Shown here: positions 40,517 to 51,407 of the stretch, piece after piece
Position numbering within the stretch: position 1 is the stretch's first letter
How the letters are laid out: each line of letters starts with the position of its first letter
NCBI GenBank assembly: GCA_965242965.1
Contig: OZ251518.1
Span: forward strand, 288,001 to 352,000
DNA: 64,000 nt
Direction: 5' to 3'
Origin: Candidatus Poribacteria bacterium
GTDB taxonomy: Bacteria > Poribacteria > WGA-4E > WGA-3G
Made by a program: the position numbers and the translations under genes
Notes under the pieces: generated by a model
Databases searched by the model: none
What the model saw: only the letters and a program-made list of their open reading frames with translations
Told to the model about the DNA's origin: nothing

Positions 40517-42080
40517 AGTTGTTGGAATCGATCTGGGAACAACCTTCTCAGCAATTGCGCATGTCAATGAACACGGACAACCGGAGATTATCCCGAACGC
40601 CGAAACCGAACGGATTACGCCATCGGTAATTCTGTTTGAGGATGATCTCGTCACCGTTGGAAAAATCGCTAAGCAGAACGCGAGAGCCGTGCCGGAACAG
40701 ATTGTGGAGTTCGTCAAACGCGAAATGGGAAAATCCAAAGAGGAGTTCTTCCGAACTTTTGATGGCAAAGACTACTCCGCTGAAGAGCTCTCCGCGCTCA
40801 TTTTGACGAAACTCAAGCAAGATGCCGAGGCGTATCTCGGTGAAGAAATCACCGATGCTGTCATCACCGTGCCAGCCTATTTCCATGACGCGGAAAGGGA
40901 TGCAACGCGCAACGCTGGCACAATCGCCGGGTTAAACGTTTTGCAAGTGCTAAACGAACCGACAGCGGCCGCGCTCGCCTACGGCATCGATCAACTCGGC
41001 AGTAATCAGAACGTCTTCGTGTTCGACCTCGGCGGTGGCACCTTTGACGTAACCATCATGAAAGTCTCCGAATCGGCAATCCAGATGATTGCGACAAACG
41101 GGGACCACCGGCTTGGCGGCAAAGACTGGGACGACAAAATCATCAGGCATGTTGCGGAAAACTTCGATCTTGAGCACGATGAAAACCCGTTGGCTGACCT
41201 GCACGCATATCAAGACCTCCAACTGAACGCCATTGGTGCGAAAGAGTCTTTATCCCAGCGGCAAAAGGCGCGCATTATCTGTGGATACAACGGTAAAACA
41301 TCTCGTGTGGAATTAACGCGCGAAACGTTTAGCGAACTCACCGCGGACCTCCTTGAAAAATGCCGTTCGCTGTGCGATGTAGTCCTCGCGGAGGCCAAGA
41401 TGACGTGGGACCAGATCGACACAGTGCTATTGGTAGGTGGTTCAACCCGCATGCCGATGGTGCGGGAGATGATCTCCGAGATTAGCGGAAAAGAGATTAA
41501 CCCGATGGAAGTCAATCCCGATGAAGCAGTCGCGATTGGCGCGGCCCTTCAGGGAACCCTCCGACAGATTTCCGAAGAATCTGCTGCAGAACTCCCGGAT
41601 GCGGTTGTCGATCGGTTCATCGGCGCAGATGGCGAGGCAAAAGTCACGGTTACCGATGGAGCCACGCATAATCTGGGACTCGTGATTCTTAACGCGCAAG
41701 AAGACGAAGTTGTTCACGTCATGATTCCCAAAATGACTACCGTCCCTTGCGAGAGGGCAAATCAGTTTGGAACCGTGCGTGCCAACCAAAGTTCGGCGTT
41801 AATCCGAGTCGTGCAGGGACTTGGGCAAGACCAACAAGAAACCGATGGCACCATATTTGAAGAACACAAATTGGGTGAGTGTATCCTTGAACTGCCTTCT
41901 GGTTTGCCGCGAGGGGCCCGCATTGACGTTACCTACAAATACAATCTGGACCAGACGCTTGAGGTGACAGCCCAGGGACCCGACGGCAGAGTTGCAAAGG
42001 CGACGATTGAGCGGCGAACGCTTGACGTGGAGGCAGTTGCACAGGCCGCCAAAAATTTGCAAACGCTGGAAGTTGAGTAG
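40509..42080 (+). CDS. Short (523 aa) specialised Hsp70, not housekeeping DnaK
   Basis: GIDLGTT, TVPAYF, NEPTAAA, FDLGGGTFD and LVGGSTRMP; ends soon after the beta substrate-binding domain. Confidence 0.93.
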   Translation: MGKVVGIDLGTTFSAIAHVNEHGQPEIIPNAETERITPSVILFEDDLVTVGKIAKQNARAVPEQIVEFVKREMGKSKEEFFRTFDGKDYSAEELSALILTKLKQDAEAYLGEEITDAVITVPAYFHDAERDATRNAGTIAGLNVLQVLNEPTAAALAYGIDQLGSNQNVFVFDLGGGTFDVTIMKVSESAIQMIATNGDHRLGGKDWDDKIIRHVAENFDLEHDENPLADLHAYQDLQLNAIGAKESLSQRQKARIICGYNGKTSRVELTRETFSELTADLLEKCRSLCDVVLAEAKMTWDQIDTVLLVGGSTRMPMVREMISEISGKEINPMEVNPDEAVAIGAALQGTLRQISEESAAELPDAVVDRFIGADGEAKVTVTDGATHNLGLVILNAQEDEVVHVMIPKMTTVPCERANQFGTVRANQSSALIRVVQGLGQDQQETDGTIFEEHKLGECILELPSGLPRGARIDVTYKYNLDQTLEVTAQGPDGRVAKATIERRTLDVEAVAQAAKNLQTLEVE

Positions 42081-42151
42081 GTAACCAGCGATTCTTCGTG
42101 AGAGCGGATTGCTATATCCGCCTATAGATTTCATTGATTAAGGAGTGACGT

Positions 42152-43624
42152 ATGCCCAACCGCGACGCATTCATTGCAATTATCGACACCTTCAAGGCTG
42201 CCTCACCGGCAATTACAAAGGAACAGCGTATCGGCCTCCTCCGGCAAGCGACACAGCAGTACGGCCTGTCCTTTGAGGATGCTGAACAACTGCTGAAATC
42301 TTCCGGCTTAGTCGTCGGCGATGTCGTGAACTACTTTGAGGTGCTGGAACTTTCTATTGAGGAACTCCAGAACCAAACCGAGGCGGAGATAGCAACGCGC
42401 GTCGATACCGCCTACCACAAACTCTATCGCGCGTCATTGATTGCCGGTGTCCGCCCTGGCGAAGCGGAGCGGCGGACTACCCTGAATGAGGCACGGAAGA
42501 TTCTGAAAGACCGCGAGAAGCGGCGCGAACACATCGCAACACTCCAACCTGAAAGAGAATTAACTCCGATGCCTGACGAGAGAATACCCAGGCGCGAGAA
42601 CCCCTCACCTAGAGGCCCGAAAAGCTACTCCGTTGAGCAGAAGTTGGATGCGATTCTTCTTGTTATTGAGAAGGGTTATTCCGGTGCAGATGCCGCGAGA
42701 ACATTGGATCCGCCTGCTACCTCATCCACGGTCAACACTTGGGTTCGTCAGTTCACGGGCAGATACCGTTCAGGAGACCCGATGCCGGCAGACCGGATTC
42801 CTGCTTGGGTTGAGGAAGCGAGACAACTTCACCGGCAGAAATCGGGACAGGGAGATTCCTCCCACAGGGCCTCTGTGCCTCCCGGCATGGTCCTTATCCC
42901 CGCCGGCGATTTTCTGATGGGGAGCTACGATGGAGAAGACGACGAACAGCCGGTGCACACCGTCTATGTTGATGCGTTCTACATGGACACATGCCAAGTG
43001 ACGAATGCACAGTATAAGGTGTTCGTGGATGCAAACCCGCAGTGGCAGCAAGACAACATCCCGGATAAATACCACGATCTAGCAGCCTACCTTGAGCACT
43101 GGAGCGGCAACAGTTATCCGAGTGGGAAAGGCAACCATCCGGTGGTTAATGTGAGTTGGTATGCGGCGATGGCGTATGCGGAGTGGGCCGGCAAACGGCT
43201 GCCGACAGAGGCAGAGTGGGAGAAGGCGGCGCGCGGCGGCTTGGTGGGCAAGGAATACCCGTGGGGCGACACTATTGATACCACCAAGGCAAATTACGAT
43301 CTCAATGTTGGCGATACCACGCCGGTTGGGAGTTATGCCCCGAACGGATATGGTCTGTATGACATGGCAGGAAACGTGTGGGAGTGGTGTATTGATGCAC
43401 ATGATATCTATCCGCTTCCGGCGCGTCGGAATCCAGTGGCGGACTGGGCTGACAACGACTTCGCCCATGTTCAGCCCTACATCTTGCACGTGTTGCGCGG
43501 CGGCTCGTGGTACGGCGACGCGCAAGCACTGCGCGTCGCCGATCGCGGCTTCGATACGCCGGCGTATGCGGCGTATGCGTGCGACGAAGGCGGTTTTCGT
43601 TGTGCGAGGGACATAACGCCTTGA
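42152..43624 (+). CDS. J-domain-like + HTH + FGE-sulfatase (SUMF1-like) domain protein
   Basis: NYFEVL..AYHKL..LNEARKILKD without HPD; YSVEQKLDAI..TVNTWVRQF; RLPTEAEWEKAARGG, DMAGNVWEW, RGGSW and GFRCAR. Confidence 0.85.
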   Translation: MPNRDAFIAIIDTFKAASPAITKEQRIGLLRQATQQYGLSFEDAEQLLKSSGLVVGDVVNYFEVLELSIEELQNQTEAEIATRVDTAYHKLYRASLIAGVRPGEAERRTTLNEARKILKDREKRREHIATLQPERELTPMPDERIPRRENPSPRGPKSYSVEQKLDAILLVIEKGYSGADAARTLDPPATSSTVNTWVRQFTGRYRSGDPMPADRIPAWVEEARQLHRQKSGQGDSSHRASVPPGMVLIPAGDFLMGSYDGEDDEQPVHTVYVDAFYMDTCQVTNAQYKVFVDANPQWQQDNIPDKYHDLAAYLEHWSGNSYPSGKGNHPVVNVSWYAAMAYAEWAGKRLPTEAEWEKAARGGLVGKEYPWGDTIDTTKANYDLNVGDTTPVGSYAPNGYGLYDMAGNVWEWCIDAHDIYPLPARRNPVADWADNDFAHVQPYILHVLRGGSWYGDAQALRVADRGFDTPAYAAYACDEGGFRCARDITP

Positions 43625-43662
43625 ACCTTTATCTCCTTACCTCTTTCGATTTGTTAAACAAT

Positions 43663-43691
43663 TTGACAAACGAGTTTTCTCATGGTATCAT
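43663..43691 (+). promoter_or_regulatory. Sigma70-type promoter upstream of the thermonuclease
   Basis: TTGACA-17 nt-TATCAT with an extended TG. Confidence 0.7.
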
Positions 43692-43831
43692 TTACTGAGA
43701 ACGTTTGCTTGCGTGTCAATTGCGATGGTTCGTGAACGGCCGCAATCGATGCGCGTCACTCGGCCTGTCGCTGCCCAATACGAGGATTCCAATCGTTAGT
43801 TATGAGATGTCTCTGCGAGAGGAGTGAAAAA

Positions 43832-44227
43832 ATGCAACAGTTTGCTCCAACACAAAACTTTGTCGTGACGAAAGTCATTGATGGGGATACGCTGGAAATT
43901 AGTCCTGAAATCCCCCTGCACGTTGCGCTCCAGCCGGCTGTAGAGAAATTAAGGGAAGTGCGTTATGCTGGCACTTCACCGGCATGGATGGTGAGCCCGC
44001 GGCCGCTCAAGCGGGTGCGTTTAGCGCATATAAACACCCCGGAACTCGGCACTCCTCGCGGAGACCGAGCTGCTCTCTATCTGAAGCATCTTTTAGAGGG
44101 AAAACGCGTGACGTTAAGACCCCTCGGTGTTTCCTATGACCGCGTTGTCGCCGACGTATGGCGATATCCCGACAACGTTTCTGTCAATGCAGCGATGCTT
44201 TATAAAGGCTATGCGAAACGCGCGTAG
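43832..44227 (+). CDS. Thermonuclease (SNase-like), no signal peptide
   Basis: VIDGDT, VRLAHINTPE, YDRVVADV and VNAAMLYKGYA. Confidence 0.88.
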   Translation: MQQFAPTQNFVVTKVIDGDTLEISPEIPLHVALQPAVEKLREVRYAGTSPAWMVSPRPLKRVRLAHINTPELGTPRGDRAALYLKHLLEGKRVTLRPLGVSYDRVVADVWRYPDNVSVNAAMLYKGYAKRA

Positions 44228-44310
44228 ACTTCGCTTAACAAAAATGCCGAGCAAATTTGACTTTTTTCTCAAAATAGTGTATCATTTTACCTATGATTGA
44301 TAACTAAGGT

Positions 44311-44830
44311 GAGGGTGTCTCATATCTCGCTCAATGTCGCGGGGACAGGCCCCCGCGCTACGATGAAAAAAACGCGGCCTCTTCACGTAGGGCGAGGGCC
44401 TGTCCCTCGCCATGCTCCGGTCTGCGCAGCAACCATCTGTCGGCTCTGGGCTGCGGACGTTTTCCGCAAAGGTTGAGAGATCGCGGGGGACAGGCCCCCG
44501 CGTTACGATGACAAAAAACGCCTCTCCTTCACGTAGGGCGAGGGCCTGTCCCTCGCCATGCTGCGATCGCGGGGGACAGGCCCCCGCGCTACGGTGAAAA
44601 TAACGCAGCTCTTTCACCGTAGCGCGGGGGCCCTCGGATGCCATACGCGCATCCGAGAGGGTTTCCCTCGCCATGCTGCGATCGCGGGGGACAAGCCCCC
44701 GCGCTACGGGAAAAAACGGCATCCCTTTCACCGTAGGGCGAGGGCCCTCGCAGGTTTCCACACGCCCATGCGTTTGGCTGGCAGACCGCATCACCCCTGT
44801 AGGGCAGGATCGCCCGATCCCAAACTACAG
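44311..44830. repeat. TIR-headed REP cluster lying between a promoter (TTGACT-17-TATCAT, 44257-44285) and the GH95 gene
   Basis: GAGGGTGTCTCATA left end; no clear right TIR. Confidence 0.8.
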
Positions 44831-44852
44831 ACTGATAGAAAGGACATAACCA

Positions 44853-47189
44853 ATGACAGACCCAAACAACCTCACACTCTGGTATCAAAAACCGGCCGAA
44901 GAATGGACAGAGGCTCTCCCTGTCGGAAACGGACGGCTCGGTGCCATGGTCTTCGGGGGTGTGGCACGAGAACGCATTCAACTTAACGAAGAAACGCTCT
45001 GGGACGGCGGTCCGCGCGATACGACGAATCCGCAGGCACTCGCGGCTTTGCCCAAGGTGCAACAACTCCTCTTTGAAGACAAGAACGAAGAGGCTACGAA
45101 ACTCGCCGGTGAAACGATGCTCGGCATCCCGGAACGCATCAAATCTTACCAATCCTTGGGCGAACTGGTTATCAATTTCTCTCACGATGGCGAGATAACC
45201 GATTATCGGCGCGAACTCAATTTAGATACCGGCATCGCGCGGACAACCTATCGCTGCGGCAATACAACCTTCACCCGCGAAGTGTTCGCAGCAGCCGTGA
45301 ATAACCTGATTGCTGTCCGAATTGAGTGTGACAGAGCAGCACAACTCAATATTCGCGCAACAATGACACGACAACAGGGTGCCATCTGCAACGGTATCCA
45401 CCTAGATACTCTCAGACTTGATGGAGAATGTAGCGATGAGGGGATGCGGTTTTCTGCCTACGTGAGGACGTGGGAAGACGGTGGTGTCCTGACTAACCGA
45501 AATGACGGTTGGCTCTCTCTCCGCGGCGCAGATGCAGTCACGTTCCTGCTCGCCGCGGCGACGAGTTATGTCAATCAGAACGATGCTACTGCTGAACCGC
45601 ACAACCGTTGCGAGGACACCTTCAAAACGCTAGGCGAAAAAGTTTACGAAGAAATCAAGGCTGAACACATCGCCGAGCATCAATCCCTTTTCCGGCGCGT
45701 TGAGTTGGATTTGGGGACAACCGACGCAGTCCATCTTCCTACCGATGAACGCTTGGAAGCCGTGAAGACTGGCGGGTTCGATCCGCACCTCATCGCGCTC
45801 TATTTCCAATTCGGACGGTATTTGCTGATGGGGAGTTCGCGGCCAGGGTGCTTGCCAGCGAATCTGCAAGGCATCTGGAATGAGCACATGAACGCGCCGT
45901 GGAACAGCGATTTCCACACCAACATCAATCTCCAGATGAACTATTGGGTGCCGGAAGTCTGCAACCTCGCCGAGTGCCACACGCCGTTGTTTGATTACAT
46001 GGACACGCTCGTGGCATCCGGAAACCGCACGGCGCAACGCCACTACGGTGCCGATGGTTGGGTGGTGCATCACCTCTCGGATGTGTGGGGTTTCACAACG
46101 CCGGCGGATGGCATCTGGGGTATCTGGCCGGTAGGCGCGGCGTGGTTATGTCAGCATGTGTGGGAGCATTATCTCTTCAGCGGCGATACGGAATTCCTCG
46201 CAAGACAGGGTTATCCGCTGATGAAAGGTGCCGCCCGTTTCATCCTTGATTTCCTTGTTGAGGCACCGGAAGGCACGCCTGTCGCGGGGAAACTGGTGAC
46301 GAATCCATCGCATTCGCCGGAAAATAGTTTTTTGAAGGCAGACAAAACGCGCTCGCTTTTCACCTACGCTGCTACCATGGATCTTGAGATTATCCATGAG
46401 TTGTTGACGAATTGCATCGCGTGTCTTGATGTTTTGAGGGGAGAAAACATCGAGAGCGGACAGGGTGACGTAGATTTCCGTGCAGAGTTGGTGTCCGCGC
46501 TGGAACGGCTTGCGCCGCTGCAAATTAGCGAGAAGACTGGGCGGCTTCAGGAATGGGTGTTTGACTACGATGAGCCGGAGCCGGGACATCGGCACATGTC
46601 GCACATGTATGCGCTCCATCCCGGTTGCCAGATTACGTTACGCGGCACACCAGAATTGGCAGCGGCGGCGAGGAAGTCATTGGAATATCGGTTGGCTCAC
46701 GGTGGTGGGCATACAGGGTGGAGTCGCGCGTGGCTTGTCAATTTCTGGGCGCGCCTTGAGGATGCCGAAGAGGCACACGCGCACCTCCAAGCACTGCTGG
46801 CGAAATGCACCTTGACGAATCTGTTTGATACACATCCCCCGTTCCAGATCGATGGTAATTTTGGCGGAACGGCTGGCATCGCAGAGATGTTGCTGCAGAG
46901 TCATGCCGATGAGATTCATCTGTTGCCCGCGCTGCCGAAAGCGTGGCGCACTGGACATGTCAAAGGATTACGTGCGCGCGGCGGGTTTACGGTGGACATC
47001 GCCTGGGAAGACGGCAGTCTCACCGAAGCGAAGATTCACTCCACGCTCGGGAGAGACTGCACGGTGCGGAGTGCGTCAGCGGTTAACGTCACCTGCGATG
47101 GAGAATCGATTGAGACAGCGCGGGCGGCGGCAGTTGTGAAGTTTCAAACTGAAGTGGAGCAAACCTATCTCCTTCGTGCTTTCGTTTAG
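44853..47189 (+). CDS. Glycoside hydrolase family 95 (alpha-L-fucosidase-like)
   Basis: [44 protein letters not shown] and PFQIDGNFG. Confidence 0.95.
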   Translation: MTDPNNLTLWYQKPAEEWTEALPVGNGRLGAMVFGGVARERIQLNEETLWDGGPRDTTNPQALAALPKVQQLLFEDKNEEATKLAGETMLGIPERIKSYQSLGELVINFSHDGEITDYRRELNLDTGIARTTYRCGNTTFTREVFAAAVNNLIAVRIECDRAAQLNIRATMTRQQGAICNGIHLDTLRLDGECSDEGMRFSAYVRTWEDGGVLTNRNDGWLSLRGADAVTFLLAAATSYVNQNDATAEPHNRCEDTFKTLGEKVYEEIKAEHIAEHQSLFRRVELDLGTTDAVHLPTDERLEAVKTGGFDPHLIALYFQFGRYLLMGSSRPGCLPANLQGIWNEHMNAPWNSDFHTNINLQMNYWVPEVCNLAECHTPLFDYMDTLVASGNRTAQRHYGADGWVVHHLSDVWGFTTPADGIWGIWPVGAAWLCQHVWEHYLFSGDTEFLARQGYPLMKGAARFILDFLVEAPEGTPVAGKLVTNPSHSPENSFLKADKTRSLFTYAATMDLEIIHELLTNCIACLDVLRGENIESGQGDVDFRAELVSALERLAPLQISEKTGRLQEWVFDYDEPEPGHRHMSHMYALHPGCQITLRGTPELAAAARKSLEYRLAHGGGHTGWSRAWLVNFWARLEDAEEAHAHLQALLAKCTLTNLFDTHPPFQIDGNFGGTAGIAEMLLQSHADEIHLLPALPKAWRTGHVKGLRARGGFTVDIAWEDGSLTEAKIHSTLGRDCTVRSASAVNVTCDGESIETARAAAVVKFQTEVEQTYLLRAFV

Positions 47190-47246
47190 GGCGCATTCGC
47201 GTGGTATGGCGAAGAGTCATCGGGAACACGCCCGACATACTCAAGT

Positions 47247-48515
47247 TCAGTACCGGTCTGGGGCCCAGAAGATGACATCGCGTTTAGGAAACAGCGCGGT
47301 TAAGAATGCGCCAGTTTCTGGGGGCACGGAAGTGCCGGGGTTTGCTTGTTCCCAGCCAAATTCTCCAAATAGGAGTTTCCAGAGTTCGTCTTCGGTTAAG
47401 GCTAAGTTAACCGCATTAACATCATTGACATCATTGACATCGTCGTTCACGATTTGCAGCGTCTCATCTCCATCGAACCGAAGCACTGCCTGCTGTCCGT
47501 TGAGCGTAAACTTGACTGCCAGCGCGGGAAACTTCTCGCCTGACGCGGCAAGCCGCGATTGCCATTCCAACACCACTCGCCGTAGGAGAACCGGAAAGTT
47601 CACGGCGTAGAGCATCATCGCGGAATCCCAGTTCTGATTGACAGGCGCATTGCATTGATGCACTAGGCGCGCTACAAACGGATGATTCGGTGGGAACATG
47701 CCAGATATGTCGTGAATGCCTTCCTCTTTGCACAAGCGCAGCAGGTGCGAAGCGAGCGCGTCTAAAACCGCCGGTTCTTCGTGGCGATACGCCACCTCGC
47801 GCACCTCCGCTGTCTCGCCATCGAGATGATAGTTGAGATACCCCGCAGTGGAGTCTGCATCCTCTGCACGATTTGTGGGCGTAGGCGCGAACCCCCGGTC
47901 TTGACGGACAACGACGGTAGGCAAAACCTCACGGATGCGAGAGGGTTGCATATCCCAATAAGCGCGCGTCCGAATGAGGCTGCCGCTCTGCACCGCGTTG
48001 CACGTATCATAAAGCCGCGCCACCGAATCTAAATGGGTTTCCAAATCGAAGGAGACAACCTGTCCGCGGTCGCCGTTGGCAACAGATTTTGCATCGCCTT
48101 GCGCGACGTGGAAGCCTTGCAACGGGAACGTCGTCCATCCCAATTTCTGGTAAAAATCGTTCGGGATGATGGTAAAAAGCATGCCGATGTCGCATCCGAT
48201 TGTCCGCAGGTACCCGATGATATCGCGCATCAGTGCTGAGGCATAGCCGACACCGCGATATTTTGGATGTGTGCAAACTCCGCCGATGCCGCCCATCGTC
48301 ACGATGGAAGTGCCCATCCGGATGCGCCGTTCCCAGACCCGGAGGGTTGACACTACTTTTTCGTTGACGACGACAACGCGCGTCTGCGAGGGGCGATAAC
48401 TGCTGTCCCCGTGCAAGTATTGCCAATAGCGTTCATGTCCATCGGGGTTGAAGGCGCGGCATGAAAGTTCAACTACCTGTGCTAATTCTGATTCGTGAGC
48501 TGCTCTGATTTCCAT
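47247..48515 (-). CDS. Eis-like GNAT acetyltransferase
   Basis: GIGGVCTHPKYRGVGYA and FYQKLGW. Confidence 0.85.
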   Translation of the reverse strand: MEIRAAHESELAQVVELSCRAFNPDGHERYWQYLHGDSSYRPSQTRVVVVNEKVVSTLRVWERRIRMGTSIVTMGGIGGVCTHPKYRGVGYASALMRDIIGYLRTIGCDIGMLFTIIPNDFYQKLGWTTFPLQGFHVAQGDAKSVANGDRGQVVSFDLETHLDSVARLYDTCNAVQSGSLIRTRAYWDMQPSRIREVLPTVVVRQDRGFAPTPTNRAEDADSTAGYLNYHLDGETAEVREVAYRHEEPAVLDALASHLLRLCKEEGIHDISGMFPPNHPFVARLVHQCNAPVNQNWDSAMMLYAVNFPVLLRRVVLEWQSRLAASGEKFPALAVKFTLNGQQAVLRFDGDETLQIVNDDVNDVNDVNAVNLALTEDELWKLLFGEFGWEQANPGTSVPPETGAFLTALFPKRDVIFWAPDRY

Positions 48516-48532
48516 ATTTTTTAAGATTGCAT

Positions 48533-48803
48533 GAGGGTGTTTCATAAAACCGTTGGTGCGCCCTCCCAGTCTCGGTGCAGGCGATGTTCCCGGTAGGAGA
48601 GACCTCCCGGTCTCGATGCAACACTTTACACCTTATTAAGGTCCTACAGACCTTGATAGGGTGCGGCACGTTTTTCTATAGACATTAAGGACCTAAAGGA
48701 CCTAAAAGAGGTATTTGATGGACGAAACGTTAGCGCGGGGGCCTGTCCCCCGTGAACGTTCGGTAACCCGAGGCATGGCGAGGGACAGGCCCTCGCCCTA
48801 CGG
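48533..48803. repeat. TIR-headed REP cluster
   Basis: GAGGGTGTTTCATA followed by GTAG/ATAG palindromes. Confidence 0.8.
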
Positions 48804-48843
48804 TGAAATCGGCGGATTGCTACAGAGGTGATTGAAAGCGGGC

Positions 48844-49884
48844 CTACATTTCAAAGATGACCCCCAATGCCTCGTTTGGATGTTGGATTAACTTCTCGCA
48901 TCCTTCCGCCGCCTGAGTTATCGGCAGCATATCCGTGATGAGTGGTTGCACCTGAATTTTTCCTTCGGACATCAGCCGTAGCGCGAGTTCCAAATTGCGC
49001 TGTGTCGGCCAGGGGACAAACACCGGCGGATAATCCGCTCCGTGTTCATAATCTTCGTCGTGGTAGCCGGGGCCGGTGCGCGCCGCGCTGATAACATCCA
49101 CATTGCCGAGTCCCGCTGCAAACCCGTGCGTAATGCTTGCGCCGCCGACGATGACGATGCGTCCGACTTTGTGCGTGTCAGGTGCAGTCTTGAGCATCGC
49201 GCGGATCTGCTGAAACGCGCTCGTTGCATCGCCGCCGAAAGCGATGATGCCGCAATCCATGCCGTATCCGTTCGTGAATTCTTGCGCAACAGGCACTGCA
49301 TCGGTTTCCGAGACGTTGATGGTGCGATGAATACCTGCCGATTCAGCAATGTTGAGCCGTAACGGCAGCCTGTCCATGCCAATCACGTAAGCCCCCGCCG
49401 CCTTGGCTATCTGGCATGCGAATTGCCCGACGATGCCCAATCCTGCTACGACGACGTTTTCGCCGATGCGGATGCGCCCGCGTTGCACGGCGTGCAGTGC
49501 TGTCGCGGCGAGGTGGTTTGAGGCGGCTTCGGCATCACTGACGTTCGCCGGAATCTTCGCGCAGAGGTTATGCGGAACACAGGCGTAGGTGGCGTGTAGC
49601 GCGTAGCCGCCGCCCATGCCGGAGACTCTGTCGCCGATTTCAAACTCGTCGCAGTCGCCCTCTTTTCCGATGACGACCCCGGCGTTGGTATACCCGAAGG
49701 GCCTTTGCCGTTTGGTAGAGCCGGGGTTCTCCCTGCGCCGTTTGACACCGCCGAGTTCTGTGCCGGGGCTCACCATGGAGGCGCGCACTTCGATGAGCAG
49801 TTGTCCCGGTTTCGGTGCAGGCGTTTCCTGTTCTTCTGTCCAGATGTGGCCGGCTTCGTTCATCATTACGACTTTTCTGTTCAT
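48844..49884 (-). CDS. MDR/zinc-type alcohol dehydrogenase-like oxidoreductase
   Basis: SPGTE, GYTNAGVV and GLGIVGQ; TTGACA-17-TAGAAT promoter at 49944-49916. Confidence 0.85.
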   Translation of the reverse strand: MNRKVVMMNEAGHIWTEEQETPAPKPGQLLIEVRASMVSPGTELGGVKRRRENPGSTKRQRPFGYTNAGVVIGKEGDCDEFEIGDRVSGMGGGYALHATYACVPHNLCAKIPANVSDAEAASNHLAATALHAVQRGRIRIGENVVVAGLGIVGQFACQIAKAAGAYVIGMDRLPLRLNIAESAGIHRTINVSETDAVPVAQEFTNGYGMDCGIIAFGGDATSAFQQIRAMLKTAPDTHKVGRIVIVGGASITHGFAAGLGNVDVISAARTGPGYHDEDYEHGADYPPVFVPWPTQRNLELALRLMSEGKIQVQPLITDMLPITQAAEGCEKLIQHPNEALGVIFEM

Positions 49885-49963
49885 GAATGTTTTCCTTTCT
49901 CTGCGTTTTTACTGAATTCTAGCCGATTTCCCGGTTATTGTCAATATTTACACTGCTTTTATC

Positions 49964-51362
49964 GTAGCGCGGACGTAGCGGTGACAGGCCCCACGCTGCG
50001 GTGAAAAAAACGCCACCCTTCATTGTAGGGCGGTGGGAAAACCTGTCCCTCGCCAGCGTTTTGCTGCCAGATCTCCTCACCCCTATAGGTCAGGATCGCC
50101 CGATCCTGACCTGTTTGTGATCAGGCGATCACAAACTACAGAGGGGAAAACACATATCGAGACGATGGAACTCGCGTGGGAAACCCGCTCGGATGCGCGT
50201 ATGGTATCCGAGGGCACCCGCGCTACGATGAAAAAAAAACGCCCCCTCACCGTAGGGCGAGGGCCTGTCCCTCGCCATCGCTCGCGCAATCCAACACTCG
50301 CGGGGGACAGGCCCCCGCGCTACGGTGAAAAACGGTTCTTAGGTCCGTAGAACCTAGAAACATAACTTGACGATGGAGATCGCGGGGGACAGGCCCCCGC
50401 GCTACGGGCGGCGAAAATCCCCCCCTTCATCGTAGGGCGAGGGCCTGTCCCTCGCCATCGCTCGTGCTACGGAAAAACGTCTCTTGTTCTCTTCAGGTCC
50501 GTAGGACCTGAATGTCTATAGCAGCCAGCATGCAAAGAGCCCTAAGGGCCTTTAGGTCCTTAATATGATTTGCCATGCGGCGCGTGTTTTTTATTAAGGA
50601 CGTAAAGGACCTTGAAAAGGGGCCGACACGTTTTTCTATAGACATTAAGGTCCTAAAGGACCTAAAACGCCGCCCTGATGCACGAAAAAAACGGCGTGCG
50701 TTACCGTAGGGCGAGGGCCTGTCCCTCGCCATCGCTCGTGCTACGGAAAAAACGTCTCTTAGGTCCTTTAGGTCCTTAATGTCTATAGCCGCGCGCCTGC
50801 GAAGAACGCTAAGGTCCTTTAGGTCCTTAATGGATTTTGCCATGTCCGCGCGTGTGTTATTAAGGACCTAAAGGCCCTTGAAAACGGAAACGATACGTTT
50901 TTCTATAGACATTAAGGTCCTAAAGGACCTAAGACGGCAAATCGAGACCAGGAGGTCTCTCCTACCGGGAACGCTCGCGGGGGACAGGCCCCCGCGCTAC
51001 GGTTTGCCAGGCTGTCTCCCTCGTTACCGTAGGGCGAGGGCCTGTCCCTCGCCAGCGTTTTGCTGCCAGACCTCCTCCCCTCTGTAGGTCAGGATCGCCA
51101 GATCCTGACCTGTTTGTGATCAGGCGATCACAAACTACAGTGGGAGGGGCGCGGAGCGATCACAAACAACAGAGCACGAAACCTCTCCCCTCACCGTAGG
51201 GCGAGGGCCTGTCCCTCGCCATCGTCCGCGCACTCCAACGCTCGCGGGGGACAGGCCCCCGCGCTACGATGAAAAAACGCCACCCTCTCACCGTAGGGCG
51301 AGGGCCCCCGCGCTACGTGCGGCGAAAATCTCCCCCCTACACGGAATATATGAAATACCTTA
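49964..51362. repeat. ~1.4-kb REP mosaic ending in a right-TIR-like TATGAAATACCTTA
   Basis: Dozens of palindromes of most families; no credible CDS. Confidence 0.9.
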
Positions 51363-51407
51363 ACTTAATGATACCTTAAAAAGGCGTTTTTTGCAAGGAA
51401 TCTTCGG

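Noticed and set aside
40509-42080. Housekeeping dnaK
   Set aside because: Too short, lacks the lid and canonical linker, and has no HPD-containing dnaJ or hrcA nearby.
42620-42760. IS3-family transposase
   Set aside because: Only an HTH embedded in a larger ORF; no DDE domain or IS ends.
43490-43800. Diversity-generating retroelement targeting the FGE domain
   Set aside because: No template-repeat copy differing at adenines and no reverse transcriptase in the window; a remote DGR cannot be excluded.
47415-47445. 9-bp repeat (DVN-DVN) in the GNAT gene
   Set aside because: Ordinary short slippage repeat with no sign of function.
49964-51362. CRISPR array in the repeat clusters
   Set aside because: Repeats are of mixed families, in both orientations and irregularly spaced; spacers are not unique and no cas genes are present.
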